Assembly (NCBI GenBank): GCA_951406725.2
Contig: OX597836.1
Span: 38,440,001 to 38,504,000, forward strand
From: Octopus vulgaris
Taxonomy: Eukaryota
Reading direction: 5' to 3'
DNA: 64,000 nucleotides
Part shown: positions 38,544 through 50,909 of the stretch, piece after piece
Position numbering within the stretch: position 1 is the first letter of the stretch
How the letters are laid out: each line of letters starts with the position of its first letter
Notes under the pieces: generated by a model
Databases searched by the model: none
Told to the model about the DNA's origin: nothing
What the model saw: the letters and a program-made list of their open reading frames with translations, nothing else
Made by a program: the position numbers and the translations under genes

Positions 38544-38968
38544 AGGTGCAGGAGTGGCTGTGTGGTAAGTAGCTTGCTTACCAACCACATGGTTCCGGGT
38601 TCAGTCCCACTGCGTGGCACCTTGGGCAAGTGTCTTCTACTATAGCCTCGGGCCGACCAAAGCCTTGCGGGTGTATTTGGTAGACGGAAACTGAAAGAAG
38701 CCCGTCGTATATATGTATATATATATATATATATGTATGTATGTGTGTGTATATGTTTATTTGTCTGTGTTTATCCCCCCCAACATCGCTTGACAACCGA
38801 TGCTGGTGTGTTTACGTCCCCATCAGTTAGTGGTTTGGCAAAAGAGACCGATAGAATAAGGACTAGGCTTACAAAGAATATGTCCTGGGGTCGATTTGCT
38901 CGACTAAAGGTGGTGCTCCAGCATGGCCACAGTCAAATGACTGAAACAAGTAAAAGAGTAAAAGAGTA
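38544..38968 (+). mobile_element. SINE family A
   Basis: Full length. Confidence 0.85.
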
Positions 38969-39029
38969 TACATAATATATATTCTTCATCTCACCAATAT
39001 AGAATTATAAAAGGGAGAAGCTGTTCTCC

Positions 39030-39960
39030 TACAACATACACTATAGCGACTAGCATATTTTGCATCTGAACCCAAGAACAATAGAGAATATAACTGCTAA
39101 ACACAAACAGCCTCAGCAAACAACTCCAGGGAAAGATTGCTGCATTGTTATAATAGCTAAAAGAATAGCTACAGCAACGTCAGAAAGTGTTTGGAAATGG
39201 ACTGAAATGTTAGGTGAAATTATTGATGAAATCATCCAAGGAATACGATTCTCATTCAAGGGAGCAAAATTGCCACAAAGGAAAACGATGCTTCAGTAAT
39301 TGTATGCTCTGGTTAGCAAATTGGCAACAGATCAGATCAATATATCTACCAATTATTTCAGTCTGGATATTGTTGAAATGGAATCATGATTAACCCTTTA
39401 GCATTCAGATTATTTCCATCAAATGTAATGCTTATTTACTCACATTGTTTTGTGTTAATCATGGATTATCTTACAGCTTTGAGATTTTTATGATGTGATT
39501 GCTTATTTTTTTTGAAGGACATCGCAGGTTAAGTGCAAGAGACTGTATCTGGATGGTTTGAACATAAAACATGTAGAATATTTTGGCAAGATATGGCTGG
39601 ATTGAATGCAAGAGGGTTAAATGGTATTAAGATATTCCTTGTGCACTTGGCTATCTTATCCTCAATCCTGATGCACTAAATGACTTGGATCAATGGTTAT
39701 TGACTTGTTTTATCTCATTATGGTGTTGATCAGTATCTCCTAAAAGTAGGTTGGGTAATCCACATAGAGTTTCTTCCAGACCATATGCATCCATTATTAT
39801 TACGGACAATTGCAGCTGATGCTGTTGTAATAACGATTTACGAGAATAATCTTCATGGAATACTGCCAATTTTTGGCATAATTTCTGGTATCTTGGCAAT
39901 ATTTCCTGCTACATCATGCTCTGCAGCTGCCACAGACAAACGAAGACATCGCCAGGGAAT
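39030..39960 (+). mobile_element. Highly degenerate Tc1-like transposase fossil interrupted by a MITE
   Basis: QTTPGKDCCIVIIAKRIATATS resembles KTTPREDR.IVR.AK; IEFLPDHMHPLL resembles IL.DH.HPFM. Confidence 0.4.
39390..39620. mobile_element. piggyBac-type MITE
   Basis: TTAA-CCCTTTAGCATTCA...TGAATGCAAGAGGG-TTAA; homologous to 4170-4398. Confidence 0.75.
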
Positions 39961-40149
39961 ACAGTGGGTTAAATGCAATTAAAAAGTATGGCAATGCTAA
40001 ATATTGAGCAAAATATTGCTAACATGTCTGTTGGCAAAAAATGTTGACCATGTAATTGATATTTTTACTGCCAAGAAAGGCAGAAAACAATGTTTCTTTT
40101 TAAGTTACATATTGTACGATTTGAGCTAATTGTGATTCATCGATTGATA

Positions 40150-40760
40150 AAAAGATTTTTTTTATTAGAAATTGGTATATGTGTTTGTAGCTATGCAAAA
40201 CCGTAGGCAGACCAACACATTTACTCTCTTAACTTGAGATCACCCATGAATGTATATTGTGTATTTATTTTCATGTAATTCTGCTTTTAATAAATTATGC
40301 CAGCAGAGGACAGAAAAGAAAAATGGGTTTGGTAAAACAGCATGAAAGTAACTGTAAATACATCTGTGATATTTTTATTCCCCATTAGTTTTCTCCGAGT
40401 TGTTAATTGGTAGAATATATCCAAGCGATCTGGAAGCGAACAAAATTGGTGTTGCTGTGGATGTAGTTAATTATTTAGATGTTACAGCGATGTGTAATAA
40501 TATTAATAATAATATTGTAATTAAAGCTTATAATATGGCTATTAGTTTTCATTTTCAAGCTAAAGCAATAACATTTGCAACATGCTGCATTTCAATTAGA
40601 ATAGGATATAACATTATTTCTTTTTTCAGTCAGGTTATTAGATACGACAGAATCACAAATGTTGTTGATTTATTTATAATGTGAAACAATTGATGAAGCA
40701 TATGGTTAGGTTAGGTTATCAATACTTAATTAAAAGTTAATTTAAATTTAAAATTTCCAT
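40150..40760 (+). mobile_element. Penelope-like element reverse transcriptase fossil
   Basis: KYICDIF (YIDD-like), then RIYPSDLE..VNYLDV..IKAYN...FHF....FFSQVIRYDRI, matching the PLE RT IYP.EL..YLDL..YDKRDDFNF..SQLIRYARI signature. Confidence 0.7.
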
Positions 40761-41055
40761 TCCTGCCTGGGTAAATATAATGATCAAAAATATATTGTTA
40801 TTTTAAGCATACAATTTGATATTAAACTTCATGTATATATATATATATGTGTGTGTATATCCTTGTATTGTGTATATGACAAATGCCTAGCACTGCACTC
40901 ATAAAAGCTCCTATACTACTTGTTGCTGGCTACCATATATTATTCACATGCCGAGTTAACTGCATGGGATTGTTATGTATGCAGTACTTCGTGTAGTGCA
41001 GGATAAATATAATAACAATAAATACTTCACAGATGGAGGTCAAAGCATTAATTAA

Positions 41056-41091
<36 letters not shown>

Positions 41092-41196
41092 AATATAGGA
41101 TAGAACTTTTCGAAAATAATTCAATCAATGGCCAGCATATTAAAAAATACTTTTAAAGGTTAAATTTATAAACAATTTATAAGTACTTATAAATTG

Positions 41197-41235
<39 letters not shown>

Positions 41236-41237
41236 TA

Positions 41238-41538
41238 CGTGACTAACCAGGCCATCAGATGTTGCTACACATCGCTAGTCACAATGCGCTTCGCATTGCT
41301 TTAGCCTTCAATGACGCCCTCCACCCCTGCTGGCTAAGTGAGAAGGCCAACAGAAGAAAGTGTGAGAGAAAGTTGTGGTGAAAGAGTACAGCAGGGATCA
41401 CCACCACCCCCTGCCGGAGCCTTGTGGAGATTTAGGTGTTTTCACTCAATAAACACTCACAATGCCCAGTCTGGGAATCGAAACTGCAATCCTACGACCA
41501 CAAGTCCGCTGCCCTAACCACTGGGCCATTGCACCTCC
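41238..41538 (-). mobile_element. SINE family D (tRNA-derived, (TA)n-associated 3' end)
   Basis: Reverse complement of 60648-60923; 3' end abuts (TA)n. Confidence 0.8.
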
Positions 41539-43304
41539 ATACACAAACACACACATAGTATTAATAATGATCAGGAGAACAGAGATTTTCCACATCTATA
41601 ATTTTATTAAACAGTTATTTATGGACCTACACCTACTGTGTTTCCTGATTTAAGAGGAAACACAGTAACCACCATGATTGCATATCCCCATGAAAACATT
41701 TTTTGGAAATATCACACACATATCATCATCATCGTTGTTATCGTCATGTTGTTGGTGCACACGCACACACAGAATATATAGTCCCAATGCCCCTGAAACT
41801 GCTTATATATTATAGAATATCAATACTAGGTCAAAAAGATTTGAGCAAAGGAAATGTAGAAGGCAGATTAAGGAAATACAGGAAAGTCTAATGATGAAGT
41901 AGGTGGGTCACTAGTGGAAGGTCAACAGTGTTGGTAGAGCAGATGTATTTCTCTGTGAAACAAAACTAAATTTTTTTTTTTTTTGTTTTTGGTCAGTATT
42001 TGCTATTTCCTATTTGCTTTTGTCTAGAAATCAAAGGAAATGACTACTATTCCCTTCAATGTTTTGAAACTGACCTGTTTTCCATTACATTTCAGACAGA
42101 TTTCAGCTGAGTTGCTGAAGCAGAAATATTGTTATAGCAAATATTCTGCTCAATACCACAGATTTGCTAGTCAGTTGCTTGACCACTTAACCACTCGAGC
42201 ATGTCGCTTAGTGGCTGACAATATGTGCATCGCTGATCATGAGCAGGAGTAGTTGGGAAGCATCATAGACATGTGTTGAGGGGGAATTTTGTGGGGTTTG
42301 AATAAATGTAACAAAAAGCTAAATTTGGAGCAAATAGTAGCCATTTTTCATACTTTCTAGGGATAAACAAATAGGAAATAACAGTTACTACCCAAGGACA
42401 AAAATCATCTTAAACAGTGTTATTAAAGACATTCCAGGCATGACTATCCTGTGTGGTAAGTTTACTTCACAACCAACATGGTTCTGGGTTCAGTCTCAAT
42501 GCATGGCACTAGGCATGAACAGACCAAATGCACTATAGCCCTGAACAGACCAAAGCCTTGTGAGTGGATTTGGTAGAAACTGAAAGAAGCCCATTGCATT
42601 TGTGTGTGTATTTGTGTGTGTGTGTGTGTATGCGGGTGTATGTTTGTGTTTTCCCCACCATCACTTGGCAACTGGTGTTGGAGTGTTTATGTCCCGTAAC
42701 TTAGTGGTTCAGCAGAATAGACCTATGAAATAAGTGTAAGGCTAGGCTAGATGTCCTTCCTAACGCCAACCACTCTGACAGTGTAGTGGGTGCTTTTACG
42801 TGCCAGTCAGGCAGCACTGGATTCGAGCAAGGTCGTTGCCAGTGCCACCTGACTGGCCCCTGTGCCGGTGGCATGTAAAAGCACCCACTACAGTCTCGGA
42901 GTGGTTGACGTTAGGAAGGACATCCAGCTGAAGAAACTTTGCCAGATCAAGATTGAAGCCTGGTGCAGCCATCTGGTTCGCCAGCCCTCAGTCATTCGTC
43001 CAACCCATGCTAGCATGGAAGGTGGACGACAAACGATGTTGATGATGATGATGATGATGATTGATTTGTTCAGCTTAAATTCTTGAAGACGGTGCCTGCC
43101 ACATCACCAAGTAATTTGCAAGACAAGAAAGAATAAGAAAAAGAGAAAAAATCCTCCTCAATTAGGTAGCTGGGAGAATATTTGAAAGGGACAGGCTGTG
43201 GTTCAGATGTTGATGGGTTAAAGTTTGATAAGGTGACAAGTCTAGGTGACTTGCTTTAAAGGAGAAACATAGCTACACTGCATTATATAAGAAAGGATGG
43301 GAGT

Positions 43305-43667
43305 AACTCCTTACTCCTTTACTTGTTTCAGTCATTTGACTGTGGCCATGCTGGAGCACCGCCTTTAGTCGAGCAAATCGACCCCAGGAATTATTCTTTG
43401 TAAACCTAATACTTATTGTACTGGTCTCTTAAGCCAAACCGCTAAGTTACGGGGACGTAAACACACCAGCATTGGGTGTCAAGCGATGTTGGGAGAACAA
43501 ACACAGACACACAAACATATACACACACATGCATATATATATATATATATCCCTGTGATCACCGTGACAGACCAGGCTATCAGATGTTACTACACATCGC
43601 TGGTCACAATGCGCTTCGCATTGTTTTAGCCTTCAAATGACGCCACCCCGTTAGCTAAGCAAGCAGG

Positions 43668-43709
<42 letters not shown>

Positions 43710-43907
43710 TTGTTATCGCCATATTAATATGGCAGTCTTATAGATATAAGACTAAAAGCTGTCGCTGATTAGCTCCATGAGGCCATCGCCTTAAGATAGC
43801 TTTTAGTCTTATATCTATAAGACTGCCATATTAATATGGCGATAACAATTAATTTCAGTAACGCTGCCGTAATCTCTTTTAGAAAGACTTAGTAATTTTA
43901 ATATTTC

Positions 43908-43956
<49 letters not shown>

Positions 43957-44120
43957 TATATACGATGGGCTTCTTTCAGTTTCCATCTACCAAATCCACT
44001 CACAAGGCTTTGTTCAGCCCGAGGCTATAGTAGAAGACACTTGCCCAAGGTGCCACGCAGTGGGACTGAACCCAGAACCATGTGGTTCGTAACAAAGGTA
44101 CTTACCACACAGCCACTCCT
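43305..44120 (-). mobile_element. SINE A carrying a SINE D tail (43551-43670) and a fold-back insert (43705-43910) in its microsatellite
   Basis: Tail 43305-43530 and head 43962-44120; each insert is bounded by (TA)n. Confidence 0.8.
43705..43910. mobile_element. Fold-back insertion in (TA)n with 56-bp perfect arms
   Basis: 43705-43760 is the reverse complement of 43798-43853; one-sided extension to 43910. Confidence 0.85.
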
Positions 44121-44750
44121 GGATTTAACATTTTATGCATGAGAAAAAGGAAACTGCAATGAAGCCAACAGGCAGCAGACTGAAAGCACTTCGATTCTGA
44201 ACGCATAAGTATTAAATGTCACAAATATATTTAATTAACTCAAAGGTGATGAATTATATATGTATGGCTGTTTTCTCTAATCCAATTTTTCTCAGTTACA
44301 TTTCTAGTTTCTATCATAGAAATCTAATAAACATTATCTGTTAGATTCAATTGATATTCATTTGTGACATTTTCCAGAATTTCCCACTGTTAGGATAAAT
44401 GTCAATGACACTCGGAAATGAAAACATGGGGGAAAATAAGGTGTTTTCACAAACACCAATGTTGTTCTGTATTAAAATTTAAATTAAGAAATTAACAAAG
44501 GAATGTAGAATTATACGTATCTAATTAAGGATTATTAAAAAAAAAAATTTATGAATTGTTCTGAGAAAACTGAAACAACAACAACAACAACCGTTACCAC
44601 TAATGACCTTTTCATCATAATCATTTAACATCTGTTTTCCATGCTAGCATGGGTTAGACAGTTTGGCAAGAGCTGATAAGCTGGAGAGCTGCACCAGGCC
44701 CCAATCATCTGTTTATGCTTGGTTTCTACAGTTGGATGCTGTTCCTAATG

Positions 44751-44796
<46 letters not shown>

Positions 44797-44799
44797 TTC

Positions 44800-45178
44800 C
44801 TTGTTTCAGTCATTTTGACTGCAGCCATGCTGGAGCACCGCCTTTAATCGAGCAAATCGACCCCGGGACTTATTCTTTTGTAAGCCCAGTACTTATTCTA
44901 TCGGTCTCTTTTTGCTGAACTGCTAGGTAACGGGGACATAAACACACCAGCATCGGTTGTCAAACAATGCTAAGGGGACAAACACAGACACACACATATA
45001 TATATATACATACATATGACGGGATTCTTTCAGTTTCCGTCCACCAAATCTACTCACAAGGCATTGGTCGGCCCGGGGCTATAGCAGAAGACACTTGCCC
45101 AAGATGCCACGCAGCGGGACTGAACCCGGAACCATGTGGTCGGTAAGCAAGCTACTTACCACACAGCCACTCCTGCGC
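44800..45178 (-). mobile_element. SINE family A
   Basis: Full length. Confidence 0.85.
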
Positions 45179-45539
45179 AAGGGTTTAGCAACAAGTTGCT
45201 TGACCACATACCGAAAATATTAGAAATAGCAGCCAAAAGACTACTATTTCCTTTTCTACAAAAATATGTCTCCACAGACAACAATATTTGTAACTCACAC
45301 ATGGCAAAAAATAGACACGTGGAGACATATTTTTGTAGAAAAAGGAAATAGTAGTCTTTTGGCTGCTATTTCTAAAATTTTTGGTATGTGGTTTAAGCAA
45401 CTTGTTGCTAAACCCTTATTGTTATAATTATATATAAAAAATTTTTTTTTTAATTTTACCGAATATGGTCCTTTTCCATACCGAAAAACTACTAGGTGAA
45501 ATTTGTTGATTTTATTAAATTAATTATCTTTCACCCATG

Positions 45540-45540
<1 letters not shown>
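45179..45540. mobile_element. Fold-back insertion with ~97-bp near-perfect arms, ending at (TA)n
   Basis: 45179-45275 vs 45319-45417, with one-sided extension to 45540. Carries tagaaatagcagccaaa. Confidence 0.85.
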
Positions 45541-45592
<52 letters not shown>

Positions 45593-48473
45593 CTAAGTTA
45601 TTATATTTATCCTAAGTTGAAAGAAGATCCATGTGTGTATACCCATACCATCGTTTTATCCTGGGAGATGGAATTAACAGGTGACGGCTGACAAGAAGCA
45701 TAGAATTTTTAAGACCTCATTATGAGGCTTTTGTCCAAAGTAAACTAAATGGACACATATTTTTTTACATATATATATAGCCTCAAAAATATTTTTTCAA
45801 TGACAGTATACGAGTAAATAGTAAATTAAAATCAAACAGAGCTTACCATGATTGAAACTTTATTGAGAAAGGGACAAAAGTAATGGAGTTTTGATTGATG
45901 AATTTGTTGAAAAGAAAATTTCAAATTTTTCTAAATATATATTGATTCAAGATTGTTAATAGCAGATAGTTAATACATAAAAACCAAATTGTAATTTTCT
46001 TTTTCAGTCTTTTTTTTTTTTTTGAAAAAAAATCTATAAAATTTTTGTAAATTACACTTTTTAATAGAATCTATTGTGTTATCTCTTAGAAATGTAGGCC
46101 AAGTTAATACAAAGCTTACAATTGTTTTAAAAATACACTTTGATATATTGATGGCATCTGACTAAAATATATTCTTTTTTTTTTAGTTTTTATTTGTTTT
46201 TTTTTTATTTGTTTGATTTGGAGGAATTGGCTGTGCTTATTAAAAAAACACCCCCTCCCTAAATTCACTGAAATGAGGTGAATACTTTTCTTAAGTATTC
46301 ATCTCATTTAGCCCTGGGTCAACACTGAATGGGCAGACATATAATTAAACACATTTTAACCATGGCAATGCAGGTGCAGGCATGGATGTGTGGTTCAGAA
46401 ATTCACTTTACAATGATGTGGTTTCAGATTCAGTCCTACTGTATGGTACCTTGGGCAAATGACTTCTCCTTAGCCCCAAGTTGACTGATACCTTTGAATG
46501 AATTTGGTTGATGGAAGATGTTAGGAAACCTGCCATATATATATATATGTGTGTGTGTGTGTGTAAGATTAAAAATATATCCAAGAATGGAGTTTGTAAA
46601 TTGTATTTATTGTTTACAATTGTTTCATTGGTTTTCATTACAACCAATCTTGCATCATGTTGTCACAATGAATATATAACATGTACAGCAGCAAATGACT
46701 TTGTGTTTGACTTCTGTTTGCTGTTCCCACTACAATTTGATGACTGGTGTTGGTTTGTTTACATCCCCATTACTTAGCAATTCAGCAACAGAGACTGATA
46801 GAATAAGTACTGGAGTCCATTTGTTGGTCTGCAATTTAATGACTGATACGTGTAAAAGATCTCATCTCTTCAGACATGATATAGCACAGGCTACATCATC
46901 CAACATATCTTTTTTAACAAAAAAAAAAAAATAAATAAAATAAAATAAAAAAGCGTGTAGGATGTGATTTGAGGGAGATGCAGTTACTATTTTTAGCAGG
47001 TTTTAGTTGTCATATACAAGCTGCCTTGATGGTTCATTTTAATGTGATTTTGTTCCTGTCTGTCTGGGTTAGATAAGTTTATTTAAGCAACGCATTATGT
47101 TACACCAAACAGAATGTGATAGCAGTATTGGTGCCAGAGTCCATTGTTGAATGGTAAAAAAAAAAAAGCTTAATGCCAAGATCTAGACAGAATTAACTGG
47201 ACAGCTATCAACTTAGTATAAATAACTTATTGAAGACAGCTTAACCAAACTAATCTCCTGCAATCAATTCTAAACAAACTGGATTGTTTCAGACTGTTAT
47301 ATATCATACTAATATAGCATATAAGAAATGGGGTGATTTAAATGAAGTTGTCAGATGTATATATATATATATATACACTTGCATGGCATGTTTAATGCAA
47401 ACTGCCAGATGTCCTAATAAAATGCATCACATATACTCATATACATTTGCCAGATGTGTTTAAATCAGATGTATTGATAGGATGAAACGCATATATACAC
47501 ACCTGATTGGCATGTTTAACACAAGTTGCCAAATGTAGATAAAATGCACACACACACACACACACAGACACATATATACATACATACTTAAATGATATTT
47601 TAACACAAGTTGCCAGATGTACTGATAAAATACACACACACACACATGTATATACATGCACACACTTAAATGACATTTTAACACAAGTTGCCAGATGTAC
47701 CGATAAAATGTACACATATACAACACCCCCACACACACAACAACAACACACCTATTTCTTTACTAACCACAAGGGATAAACACAGAGAGGACAAACAAGG
47801 ACAGGCAAATGGATTAAGTCGATTATATCGACCCCAGTGCGTAACTGGTACTTATTTAATCGACCCTGAAAGGATGAAAGGCAAAGTCGACCTCGGCGGA
47901 ATTTGAACTTGGATTGTAAAGACAGACGAAATACTCCTAAGCACTTCGCCCGGCGTGCTAACGTTTCTGCCAGCTCGCTGCCTTAACAACAACACACCTG
48001 ATGCCCCACAACCTGCTTCTTCTTCCCTTTTGTTTTAAAGACTTTTGGTAAATTCTTGTGCATATTCTATGTTCTGTTCATGCAGTTTTGGGCACTTTTT
48101 CTGTTGAGTTGTAGTTCACCTGAGCACTGTATACAATAAGTTCATTATTATCATTATTATTATTATCATTATTATTGTAATTATTATTATTATCATTATT
48201 ATTATATAAAGTGGTGAGCTGGTAGAATAATTTGTGCACTGGGAAAAATGCCTAGCAGTACTTTGTCTATCTGTATGTTCTGAGTTCAAATGACACCAAG
48301 AATGACACCAAGGTTGACTTTGCCTTTCATCTTCGCAATGTCAATAAATTAAGTACCAGAGAAACACTGGGGTTGAGTTAATCAACTAGTCCCCTTCTCC
48401 AAAATTTGAGGCCCTGCGCCTATAGTAGAAAGGATTATTATTATTATTATTATTATATACACTTAAATGACAC

Positions 48474-48616
48474 ATTTACATTTGACAGATATTTATACTC
48501 ATCTTGTTTGTTGTTAACATGACGCTTTGGCTGATATACCCTCCAGCCTTCTTCAGGTGTCTTGGGGGAAATTTCGAACCTGGGTTCTCATTCCTCAGGT
48601 ATTTTTTGATGTTATT

Positions 48617-48651
<35 letters not shown>

Positions 48652-48814
48652 TATCATTATTGTTGTTATTGTTCAGGTCACTGCTTGGAATTGAACTCAG
48701 AATCTTTGGGTTAAGAACAGGCGTAGTAGTTAAGAGCAGGCATAGTGGTTAAGAGTGCGGGCTACTAACCCCAAGATTCTGAGTTTGATTCCAAGCAGTG
48801 ACCTGAACAATAAC

Positions 48815-48846
<32 letters not shown>

Positions 48847-49013
48847 CATCGAAAAATACCTTAGGAATGAGAACCCAGATTTGAAATTTCCCCAAGACAC
48901 CTGAAGAAGGCTGGAGGATATATCAGCCGAAACGTGTTAACAACAAACAAGATGAGGACAAATATCCGTCGAATGTAAATAATGTACATAATTCCTCATC
49001 TCTAAAATATGGA
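48474..49013. mobile_element. Inverted pair of a tRNA-headed, hammerhead-containing SINE-like element with flanking direct repeat
   Basis: Arms 48474-48712 and 48766-48980. A-box aggcatagtgg, anticodon arm GGG-CT-ACT-AA-CCC, B-box gagtttgattcc (48781-48792), (AAT)n linker, then hammerhead. acttaaatgacacattta at 48461-48478 and 49014-49031. Confidence 0.8.
48896..48938 (+). ncRNA. Minimal type I hammerhead motif (mirror copy at 48516-48561, minus strand)
   Basis: GACAC-CTGAAGA-A-GGCTG..CAGCC-GAAA-CG-TGTT; mirror copy reads ...CAGCC-AAAG-CG-TC-ATGTT. Joint consensus GAAA-CG-TC-GTGTT gives stem III ACGT and a GUC site. Confidence 0.7.
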
Positions 49014-49672
49014 ACTTAAATGACACATTTAACACAAGTTGCTAGATATGCTGATAAAAATGTATCACACACACATATATACATACAATTCAGGTACAGT
49101 GATAAAATATACACTCACACACACACACCTGAATGACATGTTTAACATAAGATGCTTGCTTAATGTACTGACAGAAGAACATGTCCTCCCCATTTCTCTC
49201 TTTCTCTCTCTCTCTCACACACATTTTAAATGACATTTAACACAAGTTGACAGAAACACTAAAAGAATATGTACCCCCCTCCACACACACACACACCTAA
49301 ATGACATGTTTAACACAAGTTGCCAGACGTACTACAAGAATGTACACAAGATGCCAGACAAACGGATACAATTTATGCTATACATACATGACACACTTAA
49401 CACGTCACATAAATACTAATACTTCATGACACTGCTGTAGGCTAGAGACTTTACCGTTTTGAAAAATCAATACGAGGTGCAGCAGATGAGCTATTAGGGT
49501 ACTAGATTATTGATCCAAGGTCTATGAGTTTAAACTGTCAGTGGCACTAAATTACGTCTTTAAGCAGGGTACATCATTGTAGCTAAGTCTACCAAGTGAT
49601 TTCAAAATAACTTCTTCCCTACATTTATAGCTGACGTTAGTAAACATACCTTGCTTTAAAATTATATATATA

Positions 49673-49898
49673 TTTCTTTACTACCCACAAGGGGCTAAAC
49701 ACAGAGGGGACAAACAAGGACAGACACACGGATTAAGTCGATTACATCGACCCCAGTGCGTAACTGGTACTTAATTTATCAACCCCGAAAGGATGAAAGG
49801 CAAAATCGACCTCGGCGGAATTTGAACTCGGAACGTAACGGCAGACGAAATACGGCTACACATTTCGCCCGATGTGCTAACGTTTCTGTCAGCTTGCC
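49673..49898 (-). mobile_element. SINE family B
   Basis: Near full length, (TA)n flanks. Confidence 0.8.
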
Positions 49899-50180
49899 AT
49901 ATATGTATATATATATATTTAATTATATATATATATTTAATTAAAATCTTAGGGTAGCAAGAATATTTATCGAAAAAATTGTTAGTTACCAGTGGTCTAG
50001 TGAGAAGGAAGAAATCTGTATTTAAGTCTGCAGAAACCTTGCAGGGTTCTAGGAATAAGGTAAAAGTTTTTATTTTTCAATCACTTTCGAAATTACAACA
50101 ATTAGTGGCTTGGAGTTTAACTGCCCTTTCTAGTGAGTCAGATATCTTATTCTTTGGGTATCTCTTTTGTGTTTGAATTT

Positions 50181-50217
<37 letters not shown>

Positions 50218-50258
50218 TACACACACATACATATACAGGAGTTGGACACATATATATA

Positions 50259-50909
50259 CAGGGGTTGGACAAAATAATGGAAACACCTAGCATCATAGCT
50301 TCATAATTTCGAAATATCTATAAAACCATCAAAAGCTTGTTTTTTTAATGTTTTCTTGATTTATTATTAGTGTTGCTTAATATGTCTTGCTAAAATTGCT
50401 GTTTCTTTACAGATATCATCAGAAAAAGGTAATTAAAATTCATTAAAATGACAGATCTATCAGACTTTTAAAGAGGTCAAATTGTTGATGCTTGTATGGT
50501 AGGTGCTTGTATGGTAACAAAAATAGCCGAAATATTTGGTGTATCAAGTATTGTCTCACAAGTAATGACAGCCATTGAGAAAGAATGAAAAAGCTCCTCA
50601 TTGAAACAAAACTCTGGAAGAAAACCAGAACTTTCAGATAGGTACCGTCAGACTCTTACACGAATTGTTAGAAGGGATCACAAAAGTACTTCTACCCAAA
50701 TTTCTGCAGAGCTTAATGACCACTTTGAGAACCCAGTTTCCACAAAAACTATTCACCGGGAGCTGTACAATGCTGGATTTCATGAGAGGGCTACAATCAG
50801 AAAACCACTACTTTCGAAAACAAAAATCGTTGCAAAACATTTAGAGCTGAATAAATACCTACAGAATTGATCCCTAGAGGGGTGGAAGAATGTTATTTTC
50901 TCAGACGAA
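50259..50909 (+). mobile_element. Tc1-family transposon, left end and 5' half of transposase (defective)
   Basis: TA|CAGGGGTTGGACAAAATAATGGAAACACC left TIR. ATG 50448 MTDLSDF*RGQIV..KQNSGRKPELSDRYRQTLTRIVRR..AELND..VSTKTIHREL..RKPLLS..WKNVIFSDE, then fused to a SINE D tail. Confidence 0.9.

Larger units (their letters stand above)
47340..49400. repeat. Degenerate minisatellite (aaatgacatgtttaacacaagttgccagatgtactgataaaat + (CA)n) split by several insertions
   Basis: Units at 47340-47720 and 49014-49400. SINE B (47750-47985 -, 48208-48435 +), a LINE tail (about 48100-48150) and the tRNA-hammerhead element lie in between. Confidence 0.7.

Noticed and set aside
39690-39905. Minus-strand ORF as an exon
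   Set aside because: The opposite strand better matches a decayed Tc1 transposase, and no donor site is supported.
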